A stretch of 64,000 bases of DNA from an uncultured delta proteobacterium (GCA_963796685.1 CAWCMR010000025.1:1824001-1888000); one strand, 5' to 3'; shown: positions 10,543 through 21,382, numbered from the stretch's first letter. Numbers and translations are program-made. Notes: generated by a model not told the origin, from the letters alone.

Positions 10543-11556
10543 CTACTTCGCGAACGTAATACCCGTAATACACATGCTGGTGACCGTGACCGCCGTGGTG
10601 TCCGAGATTGCCTCCAAGCTGACTTGATCGATGTTTGGGACGTCCGCGGCCGTGAGAAAGCCTGTGGGGGCTGAGGCGTAACAATCGGTGGCGAATTTGG
10701 TGAGGGTCATGGCGCCCGTCGCGTAGGTTTGGCAATAGGATGTCGCGGCCGTGTCAGTCTTCCTGTGAACTTGGGCGCGTACCGTGGACGAAGGCAGGCC
10801 GCTTGCCGCGATGGTGATGGTCGAGAACGATTGGCCGAGACCTCCTCCTGCAGGGTCGGTCGAGTTCACGCCAACCACGACGCCGTAGTTGGCGGTGTAG
10901 TCCGGGGGAGTTCCCAAAGCGGGAGCTGAGCCCGTTATGCAGAGCTTGTCAGTGGCTGACCACTGCGTATCGGCGGCGCAGGGGGCGGCGCTAGTAATGG
11001 GCGTCTTGGTAGCGCCACAGGTCGGATCGGTGATGGTGTCCGCCGAACCCAAGGCAACCCAGCCGTAGCCGAGCATCGCGCCTTGCGCTTTGCCGGCGCC
11101 GAAGACCACGGTGCTTCCCGTGGGCGTGCTTCCGCTGCTGGTTGTCCCACCGGCACCTGTGGTGCCACCGTTGCTCGTGGTGGTGCCGCCGCTGCTCGTG
11201 GTGGTCCCGCCGCTGCTCGTGGTGGTCCCGCCGTTACCCGTGGTGCCGCCCTTGCCGCTAGTGCCACCCTTGCCGCTGGTGCCGCCATTGCCCGTGGTGC
11301 CGCCGTCCCCGGTGGTGCCACCTTCGCCGGTGGTACCGCCCTTGCCGGTGGTGCCGCCGTTGCTGGTCGTGGTGCCGCCGTTGCCGCTGGTGGTGCCGCC
11401 GTTCCCGTTGTTGCCGCCGTCGCCATTCCCGGTGCTACCGCCGTCGCCAGGGGCGTACGTACCGCCACTCGGCGAGCAGTTGGGTGACAGGAACGCAAAC
11501 ATCACGAGTGCAGCTCCGGTCATCAGAGTCGAGAGACCACGGAATGACATTTTCAT
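10543..11556 (-). CDS. Lipoprotein with GGTT-repeat linker and C-terminal beta domain (carbohydrate-binding-like)
   Basis: Signal peptide plus Cys, more than 10 GGTT repeats, Cys/aromatic C-terminal domain. Confidence 0.7.
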   Translation of the reverse strand: MKMSFRGLSTLMTGAALVMFAFLSPNCSPSGGTYAPGDGGSTGNGDGGNNGNGGTTSGNGGTTTSNGGTTGKGGTTGEGGTTGDGGTTGNGGTSGKGGTSGKGGTTGNGGTTTSSGGTTTSSGGTTTSNGGTTGAGGTTSSGSTPTGSTVVFGAGKAQGAMLGYGWVALGSADTITDPTCGATKTPITSAAPCAADTQWSATDKLCITGSAPALGTPPDYTANYGVVVGVNSTDPAGGGLGQSFSTITIAASGLPSSTVRAQVHRKTDTAATSYCQTYATGAMTLTKFATDCYASAPTGFLTAADVPNIDQVSLEAISDTTAVTVTSMCITGITFAK

Positions 11557-11996
11557 GAGAACCTCGTCAGTTGGGGGGCCAGCCAAATCGGGGGCATGCT
11601 ACCAAAAGTGCACGAAAACACCAGATATAGAAGGTAGCAGCCTGCGCCGGGCAATTCTCCGGCATTCGGTTCCCGAGGGCGTCAGAAGGGAAGATCGGGT
11701 GCTCGCAGTCACACCGCGGCAGATCGCGCATGTCGGGCCGCCATCTGGTCGCGTAAGGCGCGTCGAGCAAGGTCGTCACCAGGTCGCAGGTCGTCGCCAA
11801 GCCTGCCCGCGATCCGCGCAACCGTAATTCCGCGACAAGAAGAGCGACAGCGCGGAAGGTACGCCAGCGCGGAAGGGTGGCCGATGACAATTACAACCGG
11901 TCACGACCACGACTCTCTGCGGCTATCACGGGATTACGGCGCAAACAGGGGACTTGTTGAAGCTACGCAACCGCGTATCATCGCCGCCTTCAAGCC

Positions 11997-13313
11997 ATGA
12001 ACGCAGACGTCAAGCCGAGCTACAAGAACCCCATCCTCTGGGTACCCACCAGCTACTTCGCCATGGGGACCGTCTACACCATGGTCACCACGGCCGCGAA
12101 CATCATGTTCGCGAACCTGGGGCTCTCCAACGAGCAGTCGGCCCTGTACTCCAGCTTGACCGGGTTTGCCTTCACCTTCAAGCCGCTCTGGGCGCCGCTG
12201 CTCGAGCTGGGCAAGACCAAGAAGTTCTTCGTGGTGCTCATGCAGCTCGTCCTGGCCGGGGTGTTCTTGGCGCTGGCCGCCGCGCTGAAGATGCAGGCGT
12301 TCATCGTGCCCGCGGTGGTGCTGCTGATGGTGGCCGCGTTGGCCGGCGCCACGCAAGATCTGGTGACCGACGGCGTGTACGTGACGACCCTGAGCAACAA
12401 GCACATGGCCGCTTTTTCGGGCGTGCAGAGCATGAGCTGGAGCATCGGCCCCATCGTCGCGGGCAGCGCCCTCGTGTTGCTGGTCGGCAGGCTGGCCGGC
12501 GAAACCGGCGGTGCAGTCAAGCCGCCGGTTTCGGCCTACACCTCGGCCTGGCTCGTCACCTTCATCGTGCTCGGGGTGTTGATGGTGGGCATGGCCCTGT
12601 GGCACGCTGCATTTTTGCCGCCTGGATCCAAGGCGGCGGACGCCCCCAAGACCCTGCGCGACGGCGTGGTTCTGTTCGGTCGCGTGTTCGCGACGTTCTT
12701 CCAGAAGAAGGACGTGTGGAAGCTGATCGGCTTCGCCTTCTTCTACCGCTTCGGGCTCGGCCTACTCGACAAGGTCTCGACGCTGTTCCTGCTCGATACG
12801 CGAGCCCACGGCGGGCTCGGGCTCGACAACAGCAAGCTCGGCATCCTGAACGGCATCGCCACCGCGGCCTTTATCGTCGGCTCGCTGATCGGCGGTTGGT
12901 TCGTGGCCAAGCGCGGCCTTCGGCGTTCGCTTCTCGTCCTGTGCCTGTTCCTGAACGTGCCCAACGTGACTTTTCTGTACCTGGGCTGGTTCCAGCCCGA
13001 AAGCGTCTACATCATCGGCTTCATCTTCTGCATCGAGAAGCTGGGCTGGGGCATCGGCGCCGTGGGGCACATGGTGTACATGATGCAGCAGATCGCGCCA
13101 GGGCCGTACCGCATGGCGCACTACGCGTTCGCAACCGGCTTCGGCCTCAGCTTGTGCATGACGGTGACGGGCGCGGTCAGCGGCTACATTCAACAAGCCG
13201 TCGGCTACCAGGTCTATTTCATCATCGTGCTGCTCGCGGCGTCGCCCTCGATTCTGTTCACGGTCCTGGCGCCCTTCCACCACGGCGACGCGTTGACAGA
13301 GGCGGCAGCCTAG
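11997..13313 (+). CDS. MFS transporter, AmpG-like
   Basis: About 12 TM segments; W.P..YFA, KPLWAP and ATQD..DG.Y. Confidence 0.85.
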   Translation: MNADVKPSYKNPILWVPTSYFAMGTVYTMVTTAANIMFANLGLSNEQSALYSSLTGFAFTFKPLWAPLLELGKTKKFFVVLMQLVLAGVFLALAAALKMQAFIVPAVVLLMVAALAGATQDLVTDGVYVTTLSNKHMAAFSGVQSMSWSIGPIVAGSALVLLVGRLAGETGGAVKPPVSAYTSAWLVTFIVLGVLMVGMALWHAAFLPPGSKAADAPKTLRDGVVLFGRVFATFFQKKDVWKLIGFAFFYRFGLGLLDKVSTLFLLDTRAHGGLGLDNSKLGILNGIATAAFIVGSLIGGWFVAKRGLRRSLLVLCLFLNVPNVTFLYLGWFQPESVYIIGFIFCIEKLGWGIGAVGHMVYMMQQIAPGPYRMAHYAFATGFGLSLCMTVTGAVSGYIQQAVGYQVYFIIVLLAASPSILFTVLAPFHHGDALTEAAA

Positions 13314-13340
13314 TGGGGCGGGTTTGAAACCCGCCCCTAC
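13314..13340 (-). repeat. GTAG-family REP palindrome
   Basis: Minus strand reads GTAGGGGCGGGTTTCAAACCCGCCCC. Confidence 0.75.
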
Positions 13341-13372
13341 CCCGACATTGAAGTGCGCTATATAGGAGGGCA

Positions 13373-14197
13373 ATGACCCTCGCTGAAAAGCATGCACGTT
13401 TACGCGGACTGATCGCGGACTGCGGTTCGGCCCTGGTCTGCTACTCGGGCGGCGTCGATTCGACCCTGCTGCTCAAGGTCGCGCACGAGGTGCTCGGCCC
13501 GCGTTGCGTCGCCATGGTGGCGCTTTCCCCGACCATGGCCGCCAGCGAGCGCAAGGCGGCGCTGGAGCTGGCCGCGCAGATCGGCGCTCGCACCGAGGTG
13601 ACCGAATCGCACGAGCTGTCGCGTGACGAATTCCGCATGAATCCCAAGGATCGCTGCTACTACTGCAAAGACGAGCTGCTCGACCTCGCCAAGCCGCTGG
13701 CCGATCGTCTGGGAATGAACGAGATCTTGCTCGGCACCAACACCGACGATCTCGGCGACTACCGGCCCGGCCTGCAGGCCGCCAAGGATCATGGTGCGCG
13801 CCAGCCCCTGGTGGACGCCTTGATGTCCAAGGCCGAGGTGCGCGAGCTATCGAAGGAGCTGGGGCTCTCGACCTGGGACAAGCCGCAGCTGGCCTGCCTG
13901 TCGTCGCGTTTTCCCTACGGCACCGAGATCACCCCCGAGCGGTTGCGGCAGGTCGATCAACTGGAAGATGGGATGCGCAGCCTGGGTTTTCGCCAGGTGC
14001 GCGCGCGCTGGCATGGCGAGATCGCGCGTCTCGAGCTGGAACAGGGCGCACTGGCCCGTGCCGTCGAGCCGGAGATTCGCGGCGCCATCTTGAAGCTGGG
14101 GCGTGAGCTCGGCTTCACCTTCGTCGCGTTGGACCTGGCCGGCTTCTCGTCGGGCTCGCTCAACCAGCTGCTCGGCATCCGAAGAAAGCCGCAGTAG
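13373..14197 (+). CDS. larE: ATP-dependent sacrificial sulfur transferase
   Basis: SGGVDS PP-loop, RCYYCK, DDLGDYRPG and ACLSSRFPYG. Confidence 0.92.
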   Translation: MTLAEKHARLRGLIADCGSALVCYSGGVDSTLLLKVAHEVLGPRCVAMVALSPTMAASERKAALELAAQIGARTEVTESHELSRDEFRMNPKDRCYYCKDELLDLAKPLADRLGMNEILLGTNTDDLGDYRPGLQAAKDHGARQPLVDALMSKAEVRELSKELGLSTWDKPQLACLSSRFPYGTEITPERLRQVDQLEDGMRSLGFRQVRARWHGEIARLELEQGALARAVEPEIRGAILKLGRELGFTFVALDLAGFSSGSLNQLLGIRRKPQ

Positions 14198-14218
14198 TCG
14201 CGCCAGGTCGGGTGATCG

Positions 14219-15142
14219 TCAGGGCTGCGCCAGGAAGATCCGATCGACTTCGATGGTCGCGCCGAAGGTGCCAAGGGCGGCGGTGCCCTCGGCCAGCGGG
14301 TCGCTGTCGACCACCGAGTAGATCAACTTTCCGTCGAGAAACGCATTCGCCGTGTTGCCCAGGACCTCCAGTCTGACCACATGCCAGACGCCCGGCAGGA
14401 TGCCCGCGTCGATACCGGAGGCCCAGGATGCATTCTTGCCTTGCACCCGCTTGCGGATGATGACGGATCCGTCCCCGCGCAACGCCACGAAGTAGCCGCT
14501 GTCGCTGTTCGGGTCGTAGCGGGCGAACAGGGCAGCCATGTAGGACGGCGTGGTGTCGTAGAACGCGACGACGCGCATCTTGGCCTCGACGATTTGATCC
14601 GCGACCGCGTCCGAGGCGGCGTGGGTGAGGTGCCACTCGTCGTTGTCCAGGCTGACCTCGGAATAGACCGCTCCGATGTCGCCGATGAACACCGACCAAT
14701 CCGAGTCGGGTGCTCCCGCATCGTTGCGATCCGCGGTCAGCCAATCACCGGCTACGCCCTGCTCGAAATCGTCGGAAAACAGATATCCGCCGTCGGGCAC
14801 GGGAGTCGGCCCCGCCGCCTCGCTCGCCGGTGCGTCGAGCGCCTCGTCCGCCGATCCGTCGACGGACACCTCGCCTTGGCCGATGGACGCATCCTCGTCC
14901 ATGTCCGCAGAGCCATCCTCCCCTGCCGCACCTTCGGACTCGGCGTCGGGCGAGGTCGCCTCCTGCCCGGCCGGCGCATCGGCAACGGCCATGGGATCGT
15001 TCGGCCGATCCGACTTGCCGGCATCGCAAAACGTGCAAGGGGAATGGCCGGAGCTCGAACACCCGGCACCGATCACGAGCGGAGCCAGCATGGCGAGCCT
15101 GGCGATTGCGCGGGAGATGAGCATGGAACGCCTGGACGGCAA
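14219..15142 (-). CDS. Lipoprotein with acidic linker and DUF1080/ConA-like domain
   Basis: IGAGC lipobox, LFSDDFE, WH.VRLEV.G and FLDGK. Confidence 0.65.
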   Translation of the reverse strand: MPSRRSMLISRAIARLAMLAPLVIGAGCSSSGHSPCTFCDAGKSDRPNDPMAVADAPAGQEATSPDAESEGAAGEDGSADMDEDASIGQGEVSVDGSADEALDAPASEAAGPTPVPDGGYLFSDDFEQGVAGDWLTADRNDAGAPDSDWSVFIGDIGAVYSEVSLDNDEWHLTHAASDAVADQIVEAKMRVVAFYDTTPSYMAALFARYDPNSDSGYFVALRGDGSVIIRKRVQGKNASWASGIDAGILPGVWHVVRLEVLGNTANAFLDGKLIYSVVDSDPLAEGTAALGTFGATIEVDRIFLAQP

Positions 15143-15217
15143 CTATAATCCATCCGCTCCGAAAAGCGCCGTCAAGTGAAGCATTGCTTCGGCAGGGCCT
15201 TGGGCTAAGGTCTTTGC

Positions 15218-15682
15218 GTGAGCGAGCCATTGGTTCCGGTCAAGAAGTCCGCCTTGCTGCGCGGGATCGCGCCGGCCGCGGTCTACGCCGTGGTCGTGGA
15301 TTTCGCCGCCTATCCGCGCCTGTTTCCCGAGATCAAGGCCGCGCGCGTGCTCTCCACCGAGGGCAAACGCGTGCGCGCGGAGTTCCGCGGCAACATCGTG
15401 CTGCCCTTTCGCTACGTGCTCGATCTCGACTGCGACGCCGACGCCCTGACGGTGGAGTGGCGCTACGTCGAGGGCGAGGTGGTCAAGAATTCCGAGGGCG
15501 GGTGGCGCTTCGCGCCCGAAGGCGAGGGCACGCAGGTGGAGTATCGCGTCGCCATGGAGATCTCGGCCCCGCTGCCGGGGTTTCTCCTGCGCAAGATCAC
15601 CGACGGCCTGGTGGCCTTGTCGCTGCCGGCCATGTTCGCGTCCGTCGAGCGCGAGGCCAAGGCTCGCGCCACGGGCCAATAG
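15218..15682 (+). CDS. SRPBCC / Coq10-RatA-like protein
   Basis: YAVVVDFAAYPRLFPE and EGGWRF. Confidence 0.8.
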   Translation: MSEPLVPVKKSALLRGIAPAAVYAVVVDFAAYPRLFPEIKAARVLSTEGKRVRAEFRGNIVLPFRYVLDLDCDADALTVEWRYVEGEVVKNSEGGWRFAPEGEGTQVEYRVAMEISAPLPGFLLRKITDGLVALSLPAMFASVEREAKARATGQ

Positions 15683-15683
15683 C

Positions 15684-17321
15684 CTACGGGTGAAATACCA
15701 GCGTGCTCACGCTGCGGGCGGGCATGGTGTAGCTGAAGGCGTTGGTGTCGACGGCGGCAAGGGCCGCTCCCTGGACGGGCGACGTCGCGGCGGCGGTCAA
15801 CGTGTAGACATCCGCCGCGGTCAACTGCGTGGTGTGGGTGAGCTTGATGCCCGCGACTTGCTCTTTCGTGAGCTTGTTGATGGCCACCACGACGATGTTG
15901 GTCGGATCCTGCGAGGACACACTGGCGAAGACCGAGCTTGCGTCCGCGTCCGAGGTCGCCGCGGAGATGGACGTATCGCCGAAGGTCGCGCCGTTCCCGT
16001 CGTAGTTGCGGTACATGGCGAAGCCTGCGTAGATGAACGTATTGCTCGAGCTCATGGGCCACATGGAAGCGGCGAACAACCCCTCGCGTCCGTAGACGCC
16101 GAGCACGTCGGCCTGCGCGATCCCGCCCGAGATGTCGCCGCCGGCGCCGTAGTTGTACTCGCTGATCGACAGCTTGGTGCCGGGGTAGTGCTGGTCGATC
16201 TTGGCTTGCAGGCGCGGGATCAGGTAGATGGGGCCGTTCGTGCTCCATTGCGTGATCCAACTGGTCTCGGTATACGTCGTGTCCCACAGCGAACGCGGTG
16301 CCTGCAAACGGGCCTCGACCTCGCCAGTGGTGACGCCGTTGTCGACGATGCGCGTGCCGTCGCCTTGGGCCTCGGGGTACCAGTGTACGTCGAGCACATC
16401 GAGCAGGCGCTTACCCGCACTTGCCTCGGCGGCCTTCATGGAATCCAGATAGAATTCGAGAAAATCGCGGCCGCCAGCGTCGGGCGCGCTCTGCAGGTCG
16501 ACCATGCCCTGCCAGCCGTAGTTGACGGGGCCGAAGACCAGCGCCTTGGGCGCGGCACCCTTGATGCCCGTGGCGAAGTCCACGCTCGACTTCACGATCT
16601 CGGCGTAGGTGACCGGGGAGGGATGCATCTCGCTGTGTGTGCTCGACCATAGGTCGGGTTCGTTATCGAGCATGTAGAAGATGCGGCGGGCGGGATCGGT
16701 CTGCGCGCCGGGAAACTGCGATTCCATGTAGGCCACGAATTCGTCCGCGTAGACCTTTCCATCGCCGAGGTCGGGCGGATAGGAGAAGGCGCCGCCTTTC
16801 GTGGGCAGAATGGGGAAGAAACGCTCGGCGATCTGGGCGGCGGTGGGGGCCGACGGGCAGGAGCCCTTTTCGTCGGCGGACACCCAGCCCGCCATGGGCA
16901 CGGTCATGATGATGCTGGCTCCGGCGCTGCTGGCGGTTTGCGCGGCCTGCTTCATGGGCAGGCCGGGGGTGCTGCTCGAGCTCATGTAGTTGTCGCTGGA
17001 GTACTGCCAGTCCGAGCCCGCATTGGACGCGTTGGTCTCCCAGTTGTAGGCGGACAAGCGGTTGCCGCCCACGCGGGTCAGGGTCAGTCCTTTGGCTCCC
17101 GCGGGCAAGTTGCTGTCGTTCGTGCCGTAGATGTAGGGCGAGATGGGGTGTGCACCGGTGGTGCTGTCGATGGTGAGCACCACATCTGGGGTGCCCGGGT
17201 TGCCGGGCGGAACGACGGGACCTGAGCCACCGCTGTCGCTGCCCGTGTCGGCACGGTCCGAGGCGCAGCCCAGCATGGCGATTGCAATCGATGGAAGAAG
17301 GAGACGGCGTCGGTCGAGCAT
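15684..17321 (-). CDS. Glycoside hydrolase family 44 (endoglucanase/xyloglucanase) lipoprotein
   Basis: RVGGNR.SAYNWE.NASNAGSDW, LDNEPDLW, DVHWYPEA and ISEYNYG. Confidence 0.9.
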   Translation of the reverse strand: MLDRRRLLLPSIAIAMLGCASDRADTGSDSGGSGPVVPPGNPGTPDVVLTIDSTTGAHPISPYIYGTNDSNLPAGAKGLTLTRVGGNRLSAYNWETNASNAGSDWQYSSDNYMSSSSTPGLPMKQAAQTASSAGASIIMTVPMAGWVSADEKGSCPSAPTAAQIAERFFPILPTKGGAFSYPPDLGDGKVYADEFVAYMESQFPGAQTDPARRIFYMLDNEPDLWSSTHSEMHPSPVTYAEIVKSSVDFATGIKGAAPKALVFGPVNYGWQGMVDLQSAPDAGGRDFLEFYLDSMKAAEASAGKRLLDVLDVHWYPEAQGDGTRIVDNGVTTGEVEARLQAPRSLWDTTYTETSWITQWSTNGPIYLIPRLQAKIDQHYPGTKLSISEYNYGAGGDISGGIAQADVLGVYGREGLFAASMWPMSSSNTFIYAGFAMYRNYDGNGATFGDTSISAATSDADASSVFASVSSQDPTNIVVVAINKLTKEQVAGIKLTHTTQLTAADVYTLTAAATSPVQGAALAAVDTNAFSYTMPARSVSTLVFHP

Positions 17322-17404
17322 GGGGTGCTCCAAAGGGTGGAAGATGAACCACCATCGTAACACGCCCTGGCGCGTGTTCGGGAATCGGGCACTCGAGAAT
17401 AGGT

Positions 17405-19036
17405 TTGGCCGCGGGCTCGGCCCAGTCCTTGCAGCACGTGGGCGATGTGGCCGACGTAAAGAAGACCCTACTTCGGAGGTTCGGACAGATTCGCGCGGTT
17501 ATTGGCAGGCCCGATCCTGTGCTGTTGGCAGCCATGGGCATCGGGCTGCTCCTGCGCGCGTGGCAGTTCGGGGCGCTCCCGCCGGGCTTGAACCAGGACG
17601 AAGCCTCGACGGCCTACGATGCGTTCTCGCTCATTCACTACGGCGTCGACCGCCATGGGTTTCACTTCCCCGTGGTGTTGGTGTCGTGGGGCTCGGGGAT
17701 GTACGCGCTTGCGTCGTATGTCGAGGCGCCGTTCATCTGGCTGCTCGGGCTCAAAGTCTGGGCGGTGCGGGTCCCGTTCCTGCTCGCTGGGGTGAGCGCG
17801 ATTCCACTCTTTTATGGGCTCTTGCGAGACACCACCGATCGCCAGACGGCCAGGATTGGCGGGGTTCTCTTGGCGCTCAGCCCGTGGCACGTGATGGTTT
17901 CGCGTTGGGGGTTGGATTGCAACCTGTTTCCATTCGTCTTTCTGGTGGCCACGCTCCTGCTCGTGCGCTCGATCGTGCGTCCCGGATGGCTCTTGGGCGC
18001 CGCCATCCTGTATGCATCGGCCCTCTACGCCTATGGCACCGCCTACGTGGTGGTGCCCATCTTCATCGCGATCGTGCTGGTGCACGGCCTGCGCCACCGT
18101 CTGTGGCCCATGCGGAGCGTTCTTGCGGCAGGCGCGGTGTTCGCGGTGCTGGCCGTTCCCATCGGGCTCTATGTGGCGGTGAACAGCCTGGGTTGGAAGT
18201 CGATAGAAACGTCCTTGTTCAGCGTCCCACACCTGACCGGGGTGCCCAGGTTCCGGACCATGGGCAATCTCGACGTCTGGTCGGCCGAATTCTTCCGCCG
18301 TGCAGCCGACAATTGGAGCCATGCCGCCGAGCTGTTTCAACGGCAGGACGACGGCTTGATCTGGAATACCCTGCCGGACTACGGGATCGCGTATTGGTTT
18401 TCACCTTTCCTGGCCGTGGCTGGTTTGGCGTTGCTGATGGGCATGAACGTTCGTCGCCCCCGTCACGCCTCCTTCCCGCTGCTGGCCTGGTGCGCGGCCG
18501 CCGTGGTGTTGATGGCCTTCGTGGAGGTGAACGCGAACCGCGCCAACATTGCCATGTTTCCTTTCGTCTACTGTGTAGCCATCGCGGGCTCGCTCTTGTG
18601 GAACCATCGCCCGCTCAGGATTCTTGGCTGCATCCTGGTCTTGATCTCGTCGATAGGCTTCGCGTCTACCTATTTCGGATCCTATCGCAAGAAGGCGGCT
18701 GAGCCTTTCTTCGCCTCTTTTGGCGAGGCCATCGGCTACGCCACTGCGCAAACCAAGGGCGAAGTGTGCATTACCGACACCGTCAACATGCCTTACATCT
18801 TCGTGCTCTTCTATACCCGGGAAGATCCTCGCGTCTTTGCCCAGACCGTTCGCTACGAGAACCCGGGGGCAGAGTTCGAAGGGGTGTCGTCCTTCGGTCG
18901 ATTCAAGTTCGGGTTGCGGACCTGCGCCGAATCGGCGCCGGTCATCATCGCCGCGCACGCGGAAGTCGAAAAGCTGGATGCGAACAAGTTCACCCTGAAG
19001 AAGTTCGAGCGCTACACGGTCCTGTCAAGGCTCTAG
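17405..19036 (+). CDS. GT-C glycosyltransferase (GT39/ArnT-like)
   Basis: PPGLNQDEA..YDA motif, SPWHV..SR and many TM segments; start uncertain. Confidence 0.8.
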   Translation: MAAGSAQSLQHVGDVADVKKTLLRRFGQIRAVIGRPDPVLLAAMGIGLLLRAWQFGALPPGLNQDEASTAYDAFSLIHYGVDRHGFHFPVVLVSWGSGMYALASYVEAPFIWLLGLKVWAVRVPFLLAGVSAIPLFYGLLRDTTDRQTARIGGVLLALSPWHVMVSRWGLDCNLFPFVFLVATLLLVRSIVRPGWLLGAAILYASALYAYGTAYVVVPIFIAIVLVHGLRHRLWPMRSVLAAGAVFAVLAVPIGLYVAVNSLGWKSIETSLFSVPHLTGVPRFRTMGNLDVWSAEFFRRAADNWSHAAELFQRQDDGLIWNTLPDYGIAYWFSPFLAVAGLALLMGMNVRRPRHASFPLLAWCAAAVVLMAFVEVNANRANIAMFPFVYCVAIAGSLLWNHRPLRILGCILVLISSIGFASTYFGSYRKKAAEPFFASFGEAIGYATAQTKGEVCITDTVNMPYIFVLFYTREDPRVFAQTVRYENPGAEFEGVSSFGRFKFGLRTCAESAPVIIAAHAEVEKLDANKFTLKKFERYTVLSRL

Positions 19037-19239
19037 CAGCCCCCACTCGCCGTTCCGATTGGGTGCGAGCCTCCATCGCGGAAAGGTGTCTCTTCCTGCC
19101 GCCTTCCGCGAGAGCGCGCCGGAACCATGACATGAATGGCACGGTTGTCGACGCGATGTCGCGATGGCGCCTGCAACCGCATCCTGGTTCGTGAAGGGAG
19201 GCTTGGCCCGGGTTGTGCAAGGTCCAAGGACGAGACCAG

Positions 19240-20550
19240 ATGCGCAACCTCACCATACCCAGGGACGGCAGGGGCACGAACGGAGCTCTTGTCGCGTATC
19301 TCCATCGCCAAGCGCGCAAGCACGGCCGGGCGATCTTTCTGGTCGCCGTGGGCGTGGCGCTCACCATCGCCATTCGCGTGCAGCTCTTCGGTTTTCACAG
19401 CGGCGATTTGGACAACTTCGGCCTGGTCTGGTGCAAGAACCTCAAGCAGCTCGGATTGGGCCAGGCGCTGAAGGGCGGAAACGTCGACTACAATCCCACG
19501 TACATCTACCTGCTTTGGCTGATCACCAAGCTTCCCTTCAGCGATATCGTCCTCATCAAGCTCAGCTCCGTGGTGTGTGACTATGTTTGTGCGGCGACCG
19601 TTGCCTTCATCGTCTATCACGTCCACGGCAGCAAGCTCAGGGCCAGCGTTGCCGGGTTTGCGCTTCTGTGCACGCCAACCGTGGTCTTCAACAGCGCGCT
19701 CTGGGGCCAATGCGACATGGTCTTTGCGCTGCCATTGGTCGTGGCTTTGGCAGCGGCCATCCGTAAGCATTACTACCTGACGACAGCGCTCTTTGGTTTG
19801 GCACTTGCAATCAAATTGCAGGCCGTCTTTCTGTTCCCATTGCTCGGGGTTTGGGTCTTGCGCAAAGAGATGCCTTGGCGCCCCTTGCTCCTCATCCCTG
19901 TGATCTTTTTCGCGTCTCTGGTGCCGGCGTGGCTCGTTGGGTGCTCGCTGGCCGATCTCCTGATGATCTATCCGAAACAGACCGAGAACTACACGTCCCT
20001 GACCATGAATGCGCCGTCCATTTTCAACTTGCTGCCCGACAGCGGCCGTTGGTTCGGCCCGTTCGGATTGTGGTTCGCATTTTCCGCGACCTTCATGGCG
20101 GCGGTTGCTTGTCTTTATGCCAAGACGCGCACGACGGCGATCCTGACCATCGAAAAGGCGATGATGTTCGCCTGCCTGGTTCCCTTCTTGCTGCCCCGCA
20201 TGCACGAGCGCTACATGTTTCTTGGCGACGTGCTTGGAGTTCTGTATGCCTTCCTGCGGCCCAAGCATTTTTGGGTCGCACTCCTGGTCGTTGGTGCCTC
20301 GTTTGCCAGCTACTTTTCCTTCCTCTTCAGCTCCGTGCCGGTTCCACACAGTATTGCGTCGCTCATGTTGGGCCTGGCCAGCGTCTTTCTCGTGTTTGAC
20401 TTGTTACGTTCTTTCTACCCAATGGCATTCGCCGAAAGGAAGGAGCAATCGGGTAAGGTCGACGCTCAGGAAGCTCCGATCGAAGCTCCGATCGATGCGC
20501 GGAATGCCGCGCGGCCAAGGCTTCTGGTCCAACCTAGGCGGCCGAGGTAG
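19240..20550 (+). CDS. GT-C mannosyltransferase-like membrane protein (GT87-like)
   Basis: DYNP.Y, NSALWGQCD, IKLQA and P.MHERY. Confidence 0.75.
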   Translation: MRNLTIPRDGRGTNGALVAYLHRQARKHGRAIFLVAVGVALTIAIRVQLFGFHSGDLDNFGLVWCKNLKQLGLGQALKGGNVDYNPTYIYLLWLITKLPFSDIVLIKLSSVVCDYVCAATVAFIVYHVHGSKLRASVAGFALLCTPTVVFNSALWGQCDMVFALPLVVALAAAIRKHYYLTTALFGLALAIKLQAVFLFPLLGVWVLRKEMPWRPLLLIPVIFFASLVPAWLVGCSLADLLMIYPKQTENYTSLTMNAPSIFNLLPDSGRWFGPFGLWFAFSATFMAAVACLYAKTRTTAILTIEKAMMFACLVPFLLPRMHERYMFLGDVLGVLYAFLRPKHFWVALLVVGASFASYFSFLFSSVPVPHSIASLMLGLASVFLVFDLLRSFYPMAFAERKEQSGKVDAQEAPIEAPIDARNAARPRLLVQPRRPR

Positions 20551-20566
20551 AGTATCCGTGCCGACG

Positions 20567-21382
20567 TCAGCCCTTGCTCTCGGCAGGCCACGCGCGCAGC
20601 CGCACCTTGCCTTCTTCCACGGCGATCTCCAGGCGCACGCGCTGGCAGCGCTGCTCTTCGAGGATCTTGGGAAGCTGCTTGCCCAGACGCCGGCGCAGCT
20701 TTTCCTTCGAAACCGCTTGTGCCTCGATACCGAGCTTGCGGTGCGCCTCCATGTAACTCTGGTACGCGCCCTCGAAATCGCCTTCGGCCAGACCGGTCAA
20801 CCCCGGGACGGCCACGGCAGCGCCATCCGGATTCGGCGCGCGCCGGGCGAAGGCTGGAATGGGCGGGGGCAGAGGGCGAGGGCTTGCCACCGGGGCGGCC
20901 GTCGGTGCGTCCGGACTCGGCACCGCCTGATGCTCGCCCGAGGGTTTCTTGCCGACGCGCTGCTGACGCGCCACGAAGGCCTTGACCCGATTCTTGGGAA
21001 TCCCTAGCGCGACGGCTTCCTCCTCGGTGATCATGCCACCGCGCTCGGCCAGATGGCGTTGCGCCCTGGCCACGTCCCGGCGAAAGGTACCGGCCTCGAT
21101 TTCGCGCATGGTGCGGTTCCAGTAGGTGATCTGCAGCACCCACTTCTGACTCAGGGACTGGAATCGGAAGCGCAGCGATGAATTGCTGATCAGCACTTGC
21201 TGCATCTCCAGCATCATGCGGTTCATGTCCCGGCGGGGCGTGTTGGGTGGCGTGCGCTCCATGCCCATGAAGTAGGATTCGTACAGCGAACGAAGACGAT
21301 CCATCTTCTGCTCCATCTCGCCCAGGCGGGCTTCGATGCCCTCGCGGGTGATCTGGAAGGTGAAGGCTCCGGCCTTTTTCAC
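20567..21382 (-). CDS. MXAN_5187 C-terminal domain protein
   Basis: LYE.YF.G.ER.PP, YWNR..REIE.G and V.EGKVRLRA. Confidence 0.75.
   Translation of the reverse strand: MKKAGAFTFQITREGIEARLGEMEQKMDRLRSLYESYFMGMERTPPNTPRRDMNRMMLEMQQVLISNSSLRFRFQSLSQKWVLQITYWNRTMREIEAGTFRRDVARAQRHLAERGGMITEEEAVALGIPKNRVKAFVARQQRVGKKPSGEHQAVPSPDAPTAAPVASPRPLPPPIPAFARRAPNPDGAAVAVPGLTGLAEGDFEGAYQSYMEAHRKLGIEAQAVSKEKLRRRLGKQLPKILEEQRCQRVRLEIAVEEGKVRLRAWPAESKG

Noticed and set aside
11140-11440. Tandem DNA repeats as a VNTR or array (also 23260-23340 and 28890-28950)
   Set aside because: They are coding GGTT/GGVV linker repeats with synonymous variation.
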